A stretch of 49,115 nucleotides of DNA from Chrysochromulina tobinii (GCA_001275005.1 JWZX01003214.1:1-49115); one strand, 5' to 3'. Shown: positions 1 to 10,511, counted from the stretch's first letter. Translations and numbers: made by a program. Notes: a model not told the origin generated them from the sequence alone.

Positions 1-642
1 GACGGAGCTCACTTACCGGTCTCTAGGAATGTTCCGTAAGCAGGTTAACGGACCCCCACCGGGGGAATGACCCCCCTACCGCTCGCAAAGTCGATCGTCG
101 TGTAAGTTACAAACGTAACTACGTTACAGACGGTGTAACCACGCGGACCCAACGAGCATCGAGCAACGCCAAGTCCCGAAGAAGGAAGAACGCACGCGCG
201 ACGGCTGAGTTGGCGCGCTTCGCCTTCGGCCGGCCGCCGCGCCCCCGGCCGGCCGCGCGCCCCGCATTGAGTTCACGCCGCATGGGTTCGGTCCCCCGTA
301 CCCGCGCACGTACTACCTCAGTCGTGTCGTCGACCGTCGTACAGCCTGTTACTCCAATGCGGTCGAATGTTGTGTGCTCGGCTACTGTTGGCCCACCTTT
401 GGTTTCCTCTCTCCGCCCGTCCGCCTCCCGCCCTCTGCCCTCAGTCTCACGTTCTATGGTCTCCAAGGACTCAGCACGACTACTCGATTCTCTTCTCTCC
501 TTCCGCTCAATCCACAGCTCTCAGCTGCCCATCAACGCCCAGCGATCACGAACCAAATTTGGCTTCGTAAGGCCGTTACGTTCCACGCTGCGGAGCCGGA
601 TTGGGCAGGCCAGATTGGGGCCCGATTGGGGCCAGATTGGGG

Positions 643-2005
643 CTAGCCAGATTCGGCTTCGGGAGGCCGCCACGTCAACAAGCTTGGGTCGCAGCGCAGT
701 GACTGTCGACAATTCGCACGAAGATGCTCATCGACAATTTTTGGCCGAGACCGAGATCACATGCTGCCCTTTCCAGAAACGAATCAGGTTGAGGGACTGC
801 AGCGTAGAGATGATGTCGTCGGAGCGAATGGCAGTGCTTGCAGCGAGGTCTTTGATCGACAGGTTGCCGCGCTGTGTACGCAGTGCTTCGAGGAGCACCT
901 CGGTCCAATAGGACCGAAAGGAGAGTTGGCCCAAATCGGAAAGGGGCTTCTCGGGAGACCCGACCTTGCCCTCGCGCAGCGTGATGTGGTAGGCGAGGTC
1001 GATCAAAAGTTTGCCATAGCCTTTCCGCTGATGCTGAGGCAAGACCAGAATGCAGGCGATGTTATTCCCTTCCGCCGAGCTCTTCTCCTTCGAGAAGTAG
1101 CCCGCGAGCGACTCGGCGCCCGTGGCATCCTCCTCGCAGAGCACGTAGAAGAGAAAAGGGTCGACGTCATAGTACAACGTCTTGTGATCGAGGAAGAGCT
1201 TGGCGAGGAGGCAGAGGCACTGGCAGTACACCTTGGCTGTGGAGCCATCCACCTCGTACAAGGTCAAGCGCGCAGGCTGCGGGAGACCGAGCTTCGCATT
1301 GGCCTCGGGCTGCGGCGGCGCAGGGGCGGCGTAGATGCGCAACCCGGGCGGACCACGTCGGGTGACCGCGGCGAGGTGGCGCACGTACGAGTCACGGCGC
1401 TTGAAGTACTTGAGCGAGTACGGGCAGATGTACAAGCGCGACTGCATCGCGAACACGTCCGGGTACGGCGAGAAGTACCACGTGTCCACCTCGTACCGCC
1501 CAATCTCGATGACCTTGATGTTCTTGACTTTGGTGGACGCCTCGTGCTCCTTTTCGAGCGCTTCATCGTACGACTGGCCTTGCACGTGATGGATCTCATC
1601 GATTCGCCGCTTCATGGTGCGTGTCGCCCGGCGCTCAGGCGCTGGCCGCGCGCGGTATCCGGGTGCCCTGCCCGCAGCCGCCACAGCGGCGCCACCAGCA
1701 CCACCACTGCTGGTGCTGCTCACGTTGGTGCCGCCGCCAAGGTCAGATTCACGAACGAGCTGGGCTTCGCTCACCCAATCATCTAAACGACGGTCAGTCC
1801 CTTCATAATGGACGTAGTATCGCCACGCACCATTGTGGAGCTCGCGCTCGATAATCTCACAAGAGACGGACGGGGCCCCCGCATCGCGCCTGCAAGGCGT
1901 GCTCATGCCGATCTCAAAAAGAGCTGCCGGCGGATACTGCGACGCACTCTCGGAAACGACTGGTGCGTTCGAAGGTGCTGCAGACGCCGGCTCAGATGAC
2001 GGCAT
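643..2005 (-). CDS. MYST-family histone acetyltransferase (Esa1/KAT8/HAM-like) with N-terminal Tudor-knot/chromo-barrel; +1 frameshift at T5 738-742
   Basis: Motifs YYVHYEGTDRRLDDWV, IGRYEVDTWYFSPYP, CLCLLAKLFLDHKTLYYDVDPFLFYVL, NNIACILVLPQHQRKGYGKLLI, GSPEKPLSDLG. Removing one base from the T run restores the typical C-terminus KIVDEHLR...LRCDPSLLTWRP, with stop at 643-645. Confidence 0.95.
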
Positions 2006-2055
2006 GACGGAATGCAAGGTTGTGGGGCCCTGGGCGGTGTAGCGTTCGTGGGTCA

Positions 2056-2140
2056 CAAGTCAAGTCGAGTCAAGTCAAGTCAAGTCAAGTCAAGTCAAGT
2101 CAAGTCAAGTCAAGTCAAGTCAAGTCAAGTCAAGTCAAGT
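2056..2140. repeat. (CAAGT)n pentanucleotide microsatellite, about 17 units
   Basis: Near-perfect tandem array just upstream of the MYST start codon. Confidence 0.97.
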
Positions 2141-2217
2141 TCACGTTCACGTTAACTTGCCCTCTCGGCAAGACGCGCCACCACAGGTCCCGTGGAGACA
2201 CAGCGTGGAGGACGCAG
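2139..2217 (-). repeat. 79-bp dispersed element, copy 1 (inverted relative to 5692-5770)
   Basis: Reverse complement aligns without gaps to 5692-5770, 6 mismatches by manual count. Confidence 0.92.
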
Positions 2218-2729
2218 ACACGTCAAGTTTAGTCAAGTTTTGTCTATCTTCACACGTATGTGCGAGGCCGAGGGCCCGCGCGCGGTGCGCCGCGGTGCGC
2301 GCGCGCCGCGGTCCGCTCGCTGGCCACCTCATCTCACATCTGCATCTCACACCCGACACCCCTCCAGCCCGCAGCCCCACCGCGCACTGGCTTCGGTGGC
2401 TTCCCCAACGTGGTTTTTTAATATTACTTTTCTTATTTATATTCGATGCGCACCTTGCCCCGCGGCCGCGCGATCATTACATAAACGATTCATCGAACAG
2501 TTGAAACGGTCGCTCTCCCTCTCTCCGCACTGCGTGCGCGGACAAACCATCGGAAGCACGAAACTCAGGATCCGGACGAACGATGGTGCTGATCGATGTC
2601 GTTGCAAGATCGACGATCCTCCAATATGAAGTTTGGCCCGTACAGTATGCAGCTTGGCGCGGCACTCGCACCCGCAATCGCACTCGGTTTGGCCAATCGG
2701 ATGCCGTTGAGCGACGCTCACCACGACGC

Positions 2730-3956
2730 TCACTCGAAGATGGATTTGCCAATGAACTCCATCAAGACGGACGTGTTCGGCACGGCGCTGTCTGCCACCT
2801 CCTCGAAGTTTTCGAGAAAGGTGAGCATCTGCGCCGCAAGGCCATACAGAGCTCCGGCCTCCGCCTTGGTGATGGCATGCAGCATGGGGCCCACGGTCCG
2901 CTTGAGAACGTTCATCTCGTAGAGCAGGCTAGAGTTGTAGACGACCTCGGCTTCCCCGGCAAAGGGGTAGATGTTCTCGAGCTCGCCCTCGCGCACCGAC
3001 GCGTACTTTTTAAGGGTGTGAAGCGCCGAGTTGCCCCTGTGAAGGTAGTCCCGCGAGATGCGCCGAATGAGACGCACGTAGTCCTCCCGCGCGGTGGATC
3101 CGTCCATGAGTGTGAGCGGCGACAGGGGCGCGATGAACACGTTGAACTTGGACGCATCATCCACCTGGGCGGTCAGCGCGGGATTGAGGCAGAAGATACC
3201 CTCCATGATCAGCATGCCTCCAGGCGCCAGCTGCTTACGCCTCGTCTTGTACGGCTCGGGGGCTCCGATGACGAAGTTGAAGATGGGAGTGTCAACGGGC
3301 GTGCCTGTGAACAGCTTCTGGAGGTCGGCGTTCAGTTTGTCAACGTCGACCGCCAGCAGAGTCTCAAAGTTCAGGTTGCCATCCTTGTCTCGCGGATGGC
3401 GGGGGTCCTCTCGAGCCAAAAAGTAGTCGTCAGTGGAGAGGGTCTCCGGCTTGATTCCAGCGCACCTCAAATGCATCGAGAGCTTGGAACAAAAGGTGGT
3501 CTTGCCCGAGGACGAGGGCCCAGCGATCAGCACGAGGGAGAGTGGCGTCGGCGCATTCTTCGTCGCCTCGCGCTTCGCCTGGATCGCATGGGCAACGTCC
3601 ACGATTTGCCCGTCATGCCACGCCTCGGCGAGCAAGATGGTCTGCGTCGGGCCACCATCCTTCTTAATCTGTGCGTTGACGGAAGCAGCACTCTGGAGTT
3701 CGACCGCGGCTGCCCATCGCTTTCCAGTCTCAATCGCCTCTTCAACGGAGACTCTCTTTGCCCCTTTGCTCGAGCTCCCGTGTCTGGATCGCATTGGGCT
3801 CAGCTTTCCCTTGGATCGGGTGGGCGAATGACCAGGTGAGCTTTGCGGCGAATAAAACCCTTTCATGCGAGCGTAGGTACTGGCCGCCTGGGCCGCTGAC
3901 TCGTGCACGCTTTCATTCCACTGACTTGCAGTCTCACCGACGGTGAGGCGGTGCAT
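2730..3956 (-). CDS. udk: Uridine/nucleoside kinase (P-loop), bacterial-type, intronless
   Basis: Walker A LIAGPSSSGKTTF, LSTDDYF, NFETLLAVD, IMEGIFCLNP, RLIRRISRDYLHRG, VREGELENIYPF, C-terminal VPNTSVLMEFIG. Start placed at ATG 3956. Confidence 0.85.
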   Translation of the reverse strand: MHRLTVGETASQWNESVHESAAQAASTYARMKGFYSPQSSPGHSPTRSKGKLSPMRSRHGSSSKGAKRVSVEEAIETGKRWAAAVELQSAASVNAQIKKDGGPTQTILLAEAWHDGQIVDVAHAIQAKREATKNAPTPLSLVLIAGPSSSGKTTFCSKLSMHLRCAGIKPETLSTDDYFLAREDPRHPRDKDGNLNFETLLAVDVDKLNADLQKLFTGTPVDTPIFNFVIGAPEPYKTRRKQLAPGGMLIMEGIFCLNPALTAQVDDASKFNVFIAPLSPLTLMDGSTAREDYVRLIRRISRDYLHRGNSALHTLKKYASVREGELENIYPFAGEAEVVYNSSLLYEMNVLKRTVGPMLHAITKAEAGALYGLAAQMLTFLENFEEVADSAVPNTSVLMEFIGKSIFE

Positions 3957-4408
3957 GGTTTCGACGTCGATGCGTCGTCCGTCACGCACCGAGCGCCTCA
4001 CAAGCAAACATAGGAAGCTCTTAAGGCGCCGATGTAACGGTCTTAAACTCGAGGCAGTTTTGAGAAAAGGGGTGTATCGCGAACACACGCTTGCTTGCCG
4101 CGTGCTGCGCCATACAAAGTAAGGGGGAGTCAGCAGGGATGAGGCCAGGGGATGTACAATAGTAGAGGCATGAGGCAGCGGTCGAGGGGTCGACTCTACA
4201 AGTCTACATGTACCGTAGGTCTCTATGTAGCCTCTTTCTTCACTCAAGATAGGCTCGCGGCCGTTGCCACGCATCTAGGAAGACCTTGCGTGTGGTCGGC
4301 GACACGGGGCGCGCACAGCGACCGTCGCCAGGACGGCCGTTTTACATAGTAGCCGTCAGCGGGAATCTCAATTCATCAATCGGGGAATTACCCAGCAGAA
4401 TTACCCGA

Positions 4409-5170
4409 ATGAGGCACCAAAGGATTCTCGAGACTCTTCGCCAAGGATCGCGTGTGCTCATGCCCCAGCAAATGAGCAGCACGTCTCCAGCCGTGAGACA
4501 GAACGACGGCTACTGGAAGCAGAGCGATGCAGAGGAGCCTCTGATTCTGCGCGTTCCAAGTGGGTGGCAGGCGGCGAGGAATGGGGGCGAGCACAATGGC
4601 GAGGACGACTACTATGCGCTACGAAGCCTCTTGCAAGACTTTGAGGAGATCTTCATCGCCATGCATGGCCGCCGGCCGACGCCAACCGAGTGCGCCGCGG
4701 ACGCGAACTACCATGCACTCTACTTCCGGTATGCCGCCGCGAAGAAGGCGCGACAGCTGCAGAGCGCGACGGCGACTTTCCAGCCGATGGCTACGGACGC
4801 AGCCATGCAGGAGGAGAGCAGGCAGCAGCCCGCCCCAACGGGTGGCGTGCCGCACGAAGAGTACGATGCCGCCGATGCGTACGGGGCCGCCCATGCCTGG
4901 AGTGACATGTCAGTCGCGGACCAGCGCGGCTCTCGCCCGCTCGAGGCGACGACTGATTCGTTGTGGCGGCAGCTGCTCGGGTCCGGCAGTGCACTTGGGC
5001 AGAAGCGACCGCGTGCCGAACTCGAGGCCGCCGCGTTCCCCGCTCGCCTGCACACGCGCCCGCGCTCGTACGTGACCACGGCCTGCCAGACAGAGACCAC
5101 CGCAGAATTCCCGCCCCTAGTTCTGCTGCAGCCGGAAGGCCCATTCGCAGAAGGCGTCAGAGTAGATTGA
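4409..5170 (+). CDS. Hypothetical protein with Sld2/RecQ4-N-terminal-like (or FAM13A-like) helical domain
   Basis: Segment LRSLLQDFEEIFIAMHGRRPT...YHALYFRYAAAKK resembles the WERAF...GRRPS...LYREY motif of the RecQ4/Sld2 N-terminus. GC3-rich ORF. Confidence 0.55.
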   Translation: MRHQRILETLRQGSRVLMPQQMSSTSPAVRQNDGYWKQSDAEEPLILRVPSGWQAARNGGEHNGEDDYYALRSLLQDFEEIFIAMHGRRPTPTECAADANYHALYFRYAAAKKARQLQSATATFQPMATDAAMQEESRQQPAPTGGVPHEEYDAADAYGAAHAWSDMSVADQRGSRPLEATTDSLWRQLLGSGSALGQKRPRAELEAAAFPARLHTRPRSYVTTACQTETTAEFPPLVLLQPEGPFAEGVRVD

Positions 5171-5691
5171 TCGCGAGTGCATGTCATATCATCCCGGGGT
5201 GCAAATTGATGGCGATGAGCCGTGTATGTGTGCTGGCCGGTTTAGGCGTTCCGCGTTTAATTAGTCTTCTCTAGAGAGGCGGTGTAAAACTTGTTATTAA
5301 CCGACACTAGTTTGTCACTAGTACTGTGTCGAAGACCCCTTACCCAGTCGGCAGTCCCCGCGTCCAGTGTGACTCAGTGTGTCGCCCGGAGTGGGAGCGT
5401 GCGGAATTCCGAATACCACGCCACGGGGGTCGCGAGCGGGCCAAGAAGTAATTTAGTACATGCGGAGTAACGTTTAGTAACGTAAGGGCCAGGTCGGCCC
5501 TCAGGCTCAGTCGCTCCAGGCCCATCAACCAAACGCTCGGTGCGCGACTTCCCTCTCAGAGGCGGCCACGTGGTGTCGATTATGGTGTCGAAAGTCCTCG
5601 TACAGTCTTGTGTCTCTCAGAAGGGGAAATATGTCGTCTGACAACGTTTTACCGCCTATTTATGGCGCGTTGCACTTTTCGCAATCAAACA

Positions 5692-5770
5692 CTGCGTCCT
5701 CCACGTTGTGTCTCCACGGGACCTGTGGTCGTGCGTCTTGCCGAGATGGCCATTTAACGTGAACGTGAAC
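5692..5770 (+). repeat. 79-bp dispersed element, copy 2, ending in (GTGAAC)2
   Basis: 73/79 identity to the reverse complement of 2139-2217. Ends about 110 bp upstream of the DnaJ ATG. Confidence 0.92.
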
Positions 5771-5882
5771 ATGCGTGAACGTCACGTGAACGTTTCGCAA
5801 TCAAGCGATGCGGAATCGAGAGGGGCACGCGTTCTTGAATACCAAGTGCGGCCGGCACAGAAGGCGAGTCCCGAGGCCGCGC

Positions 5883-8800
5883 ATGGCGACGCTGACCAGG
5901 CATGACGACCCGAGCGAGTCGGCGGCGGCGGCCACCACTAGCGCGCATCCGGCCTCGCAGCAGCAGCAGCCCCGATTTGAGGTGCCCGAGTTCGAGATGT
6001 TCTCCACCCGCCGGCCGCGCAATCTACTCGCCGGGATCTCATCGGGTGCCAAGTCGGCGATCAAGGGCGCAGTGAGCGGTATGGTTGGGCTGTTCGCCGC
6101 ACCCATTGTCGGCGGCAAGGAGAATGGCGTCCCCGGCTTCTTCGCCGGCTTGGCGACGGGCATTGTAGGTGCGGTGGCATTGCCGATGACAGGCGCGGCC
6201 GTGGCCACGTTGCAAATCGGGCGCGGTCTCGTGAACACGGCAGAATCCGTCTTCGAGTCGGCGAACGGCAAGGACTGGGATGAGGAGAAGCGCGTGTGGT
6301 TTGAGTACAACCTGCAGGTGGAGGCGGAGAAGGTGCGCGCACTTGACGAGTTTGCTTCCGAGGACGGCAGCAGATCTGCTCGCACGGGCGTGAATGGCAC
6401 AGGCGGGGTTGGGAGCGCGAGCGGGGCTGGGAGCGCGAGCGGCGCCGGCGCTGGCGCCTCCTCGGGTGGGTACTCCTCGGGTGGGCCCTCCGGGCGCTCG
6501 CCCAGCGACACGGCGTACTATGACTTGCTTGGCGTCCGATCGGATGCATCGACGGATGAGATCAAGAAAGCGTACTACAAGCGCGCTCTCAAGCTGCACC
6601 CGGACAAGAACCCGGGGGATAAGACGAAGGCGGAGGAGTTTCAGAAGGTCTCCGAGGCGTACCAGGTCCTCGCCGACGCGACGATGCGCTCACGTTACGA
6701 CTCACACGGCGCTGCTTCCCTTGACGTCAACTGGATGGACGCGGGCATGTTCTTCACGATGCTCTTTGGATCGGAGCGTTTCGAGCCGTACATAGGCAAG
6801 CGCCTTGATTGTGTCTGAGTGCGCCTGATCGCGTCTGTCTGAGTGCGTCCGCCTGATCGCGTCTGATCGCGCCTGAACGCGTCTGACTGCGTCTGATTGC
6901 GTCTGATTGCGTTGCATGCGAGCCGCACATAGGTAAGCTCGCGCTCGCGACGGCGGCCTCGATGGAGGGGACCCTCTCGATGCGTCGCCTCGCCATCAAG
7001 CAGCAGAAGCGAGAGGTGGAGCTCGCACTGCGTCTCTCGGAGCTCTGCGACAGCGCTGGCGCCAATGGCGGCGCGAGTGGCGTCAGCGGTGGGACCACTG
7101 GCGCCTCCGTCGCTGCCAGTGCTGAAGGCGGTGCCGCCGCCCCCGCTATAGTCGATGGCAGCGCGGCCGCGGCCGGCGCAGACGACCGCTGGGCTAGTCG
7201 TATCCGCGCAGAGGCGAAAGAGCTTGCGTCGGTCTCGTTTGGCGAGTGCTTGCTCTTCACGGTGGCGGAGCTCTACGGCTGCCGAGCTGACGAATACCTC
7301 GGCCTGCACACGAGCGTACGCATGCCCTCGCATAGCCCTCGCATGCCCTCAGATGGCCCTCGGATGGTCCTCTAATGACCTCTAATGACCTCTAATGACC
7401 TCTCCTCGGATGGCCCTCGGATGGCCCTCTAATGACCTCTAATGACCTCTCCTCGGATGGCCCTCGGATGGCCCTCTAATGACCTCTAATGACCTCGGAT
7501 CGGATGGCCCTCGGATGGCCCTCTAATGACCTCTAATGACCTCGGATGGCCCTCGGATGGCCCCATTGATTGCCTCCCTCATCAGGTGGGCTGATTGCCC
7601 CTCGCATGCCCTCGGAGTGCCTCGGAGTGCCCTTGAGTGTCCTTGAGTGCCCTCGGAGTGCCCTTCAGTGCCTTTTAAGTGCCTTGAGTGCCTCTACGCG
7701 ACCGTCAATTTGATTGTCAATGTGCCCTCCGTGTGTGCCCTCCCTGTGTGCAGCTCCTTGGTGTCGAGGGCCACCTTGCCGCCATCCGGATGTTTCGCAT
7801 CTCTTTGCAGAACCATTCCGCGGCCGCCAGCGCCGGCATCCGAGCGGCGGGCGCCGCCGTGCGCACCTTCAGCACCGTCAAGGAGATCGCCGATCAGCAG
7901 CGGAAGGAGGCGGCCGAAAGCGCCGCAGCGGGAGGCGAGACGAAGCCGCAAGGCGACCCGCTTGGATCCCTCACGCCTGCTCAGGTGATGACGTCATTGC
8001 CATGATTGCCACTGATTGCCTCCGATGGCCTCCCTCATCGGGCCTGATGTGCTCGGATCCCTCACGCCTGCTCAGCTCAAGGCGACTCAAGAGAACCTAC
8101 CGGTCTTCCTCGAAGCGATCTGGCATGTGTCCGTGGTCGACATCGAGCGTACGCTCACCGCGGTGACCCACAAGGTGAGCCGCCCCGACCTGATTGGTCT
8201 CTTCATTGAGTGAGCCGCCCCGACCTGATTGGTCTCTTCATTGATCTCTTCATTGATCTCGGGGGAACTCCGAAGGCACGCATGCATGCGCTCACCACGG
8301 CGCCGATCCGAATGCACGCATGCATGCGCTCACCACGGCGCCGAGCACGCCCTGGGCGAGCAGCTGCTGATAGCGACGCATGCATGCGCTCACCACGGCG
8401 TGCCGACCGCTCCCCGCGCATGCATGCGCTCACCACGGCGTGCCGACCGCCCCCCGCGCAGTTGTGTCGCGACCACTCCGTCGATGAGAGCACACGGCTG
8501 CAGCGGGCACACGCCCTCCGGCGGATCGGTGCGATCTTCATGGAGGAGGCCCTCGCGAAGGGAGGCTCCAAGGTGGCCTGATTGACCTTGATTGACCTTG
8601 ATTGCCCTGGAGGAGGCGCTCGCTAAGGGAGGCTCCAAGGTGGCCTGATTGACCTTGATTGACCTTGATTGCCCTGGAGGAGGCGCTCGCTAAGGGAGGC
8701 TCCAAGGTGGCCTGATTGACCTTGATTGCCCTTGATTGCTGTGGAGGAGGCGCTCGCTAAGGGAGGCTCCAAGGTGGCCTGATTGACCTTGATTGCCCTT

Positions 8801-9326
8801 GATTGCCCTTGATTGCCACTGAGTGCCCCTGATTGCCCCTGATGCCAAGGGCCCCAAGGGGCGTGTCGGATGGCCTCTGATGGGCCACTTCGATTGTCTC
8901 TCTGATGGCCTCTGATGACCTCCCTCGTCCACCCTCCTCTCGCAGGACCCAACCAAGAAGGTGACCGACATGGTCAACATGATTGCACCGCAATTCCAAT
9001 CCGCCGCACAGCAAGCGCGCGAGAATGCTGGCGGCGCTGGCGCAGCCAGTGCACGCAGGGCAGCCGCAGGGCCAGCCGCACCCGCCGACCCGCCTCGCCA
9101 ATACGAGCTGGATGAGCTTCGTAAGCTACCGGTACGTGAGCTCAAGGTGCTGCTGCGCGCTCGGCATGCAAGTGCTCACCACGGCGCCCTCCTCTCCCCA
9201 CAGGTACGTGAGCTCAAGGTGTTGCTGCGCGCTCACGGCGTGTCGGAGGTCGAGGTGGTCGAGAAGGAGGAGCTTGTGCAGGTCATTTATGCCCTCCAGC
9301 AGAGCGCGATCAAGCCCGAGGGCTGA
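5883..9326 (+). CDS. DnaJ-domain protein with DnaJ-X domain; exons 5883-6795, 6933-7315, 7754-7984, 8076-8174, 8462-8572, 8946-9131, 9204-9326
   Basis: J domain YYDLLGV...IKKAYYKRALKLHPDKNP...FQKVSEAYQVL, then FFTMLFGSERFEPYIGKL and WHVSVVDIERTL (DnaJ-X). All predicted splices keep the frame. Confidence 0.9.
6796..6932 (+). other. GC-AG intron flanked by a duplicated exon junction
   Basis: CGAGCCGTACATAG|GCAAGC recurs as CGAGCCGCACATAG|GTAAGC. Filler of CTGATCGCGT/CTGATTGCGT repeats. Splicing gives EPYIG-KLAL. Confidence 0.8.
7316..7753 (+). other. Repeat-filled intron with internal CCTCATCAG|GT at 7585/7586
   Basis: CCTCTAATGA, CCTCGGATGG and CCTTGAGTGC arrays. A phase-0 splice joins GLHTS to LLGVEGH. 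Confidence 0.7.
7985..8075 (+). other. Intron whose acceptor is a copy of the upstream exon end
   Basis: GGATCCCTCACGCCTGCTCAG occurs immediately before the GT and again as the intron 3' end. Confidence 0.88.
8175..8461 (+). other. Intron with duplicated 35-bp 5' end and repeated GCATGCATGCGCTCACCACGGCG cassettes
   Basis: GTGAGCCGCCCCGACCTGATTGGTCTCTTCATTGA twice, then four cassette copies. Splice joins THK to LCRDHSV. Confidence 0.85.
8573..8945 (+). other. Intron containing three extra copies of the exon end plus donor
   Basis: TGGAGGAGGC(C/G)CTCGC(G/T)AAGGGAGGCTCCAAG|GTGGCCTGATTGACCTTGATTG present four times in 8541-8800. Confidence 0.85.
9132..9203 (+). other. 72-nt in-frame, stop-free intron with 32-bp exon duplication
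   Basis: GGTACGTGAGCTCAAGGTG(C/T)TGCTGCGCGCTC duplicated around GGCATGCAAGTGCTCACCACGGCGCCCTCCTCTCCCCACAG. Confidence 0.85.
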
Positions 9327-9776
9327 TGACGTGGCGCTTGGACGGGTGGCGCGTGGCGTGGCTCTCTGTTTCGCTCCTGCGTGCTGGGGAATCTTAGGGG
9401 AATCTCTCTATGATCGAGATGATGGGCGAGATGCTGGGGAGTCTCTCTCGGATTGCAATCTCATTGCCATCTGGACCTGTGGAGCCGCATCCGTAGTCGC
9501 ATCTGTTGCCGCGATGTCGTGGGCTGTGGAAGCTGGAGCAGCAGCTGGGGGGGGCATGATTATACCACCTGGTGTCCCCCGAACTGTCACTCCTGAACTG
9601 CGGTCCGTCTGCGGACCTCCCTAGCGCATCTCTGATGTGTCTCTCATGTGGTATAGAACTTTCATTTATGCAGCCCATTCACACCTCAGACCTCACAGAC
9701 AAGGGGTCCCAGGTGCCGCCGCGCAGAGCCAGAGGGTGTATCGCTGTATCGCTGTATGGCTGTATCGCTGTGGAGG

Positions 9777-10511
9777 ATGGACGACAGAACCGTGCGCCAC
9801 CTCGCGGCTGCTAGGGCGCTGCTCGAGGAGTCGGAGACATTGTACGAGAAAATCGCGCAGTACCAGACGGAGGACCTCTTGAGCACCGACGACGCGATTG
9901 CCCAACGGCACGCACGCCTCGTGCTTGGCAAGGAGCGGGTGAAGGAAATCTCGCGACTGGAGGTGGCCAGGAGGCTCAAAGAAAACAAAGAGGAGGCCCG
10001 CCGTCTGCTGGCGCAGGGGAACGAAAGTCTGCGTGTGCGCGTCGCGACTGCGAAACGGGTAGCGGCCGCGGCTCGCAGAACATTCGACGAGCAGATTAAC
10101 AAGGAAGAGGCCCGTCAGGCCGCTGCTCATGTTAGCGTTGCCGCTCAGCAGCAGCAGCCTCCACGCTCTCGCCCTCGACGCTGGGCGAGCGCTTCTGATG
10201 CCGCAGCGGAAGCATCGCCTGCGCCTGCAGCAGCCGACCAGGTGGCTGCGTCTGCCGAAGGCGAGCAGGCGCCTGCCGCGGCCAAAAGTGCCGCGCCACC
10301 GCCAGTGATGGACGCGGCCGCCTTGGCCGCGGCGGCCGCTGAGCTAGCCCGCCTCCGCGGGCAGCTGCACGGCGCCCAGACCGAGCTCAGGGGCCTCCGC
10401 GAGCGTAGCAGAGCGGTCGAAGGTGTCGTGATGTCGGTGATTCCCATGCCACGTGGAGCGGCGGCAGCTGGACCAACACCTGGTACTTGTATGAGCCGAC
10501 CCACGAAGTGA
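9777..10511 (+). CDS. Hypothetical coiled-coil protein
   Basis: 244-codon ORF with E/K/R/A-rich helical segments and typical codon bias. No family recognised. Confidence 0.6.
   Translation: MDDRTVRHLAAARALLEESETLYEKIAQYQTEDLLSTDDAIAQRHARLVLGKERVKEISRLEVARRLKENKEEARRLLAQGNESLRVRVATAKRVAAAARRTFDEQINKEEARQAAAHVSVAAQQQQPPRSRPRRWASASDAAAEASPAPAAADQVAASAEGEQAPAAAKSAAPPPVMDAAALAAAAAELARLRGQLHGAQTELRGLRERSRAVEGVVMSVIPMPRGAAAAGPTPGTCMSRPTK

Noticed and set aside
2583..3839. Long antisense ORFs (also 761-1786, 20470-21975, 32563-33492)
   Set aside because: Shadows of GC3-rich coding sequence on the opposite strand, with no recognisable domains.
8541..8800. Repeat-spacer-like array (CRISPR-like)
   Set aside because: Spacers are near-identical filler, the repeat is a duplicated exon end, the context is eukaryotic and there are no cas genes.
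9408..9590. Small minus-strand ORF
   Set aside because: Short, low complexity and lying in the probable DnaJ 3' UTR.
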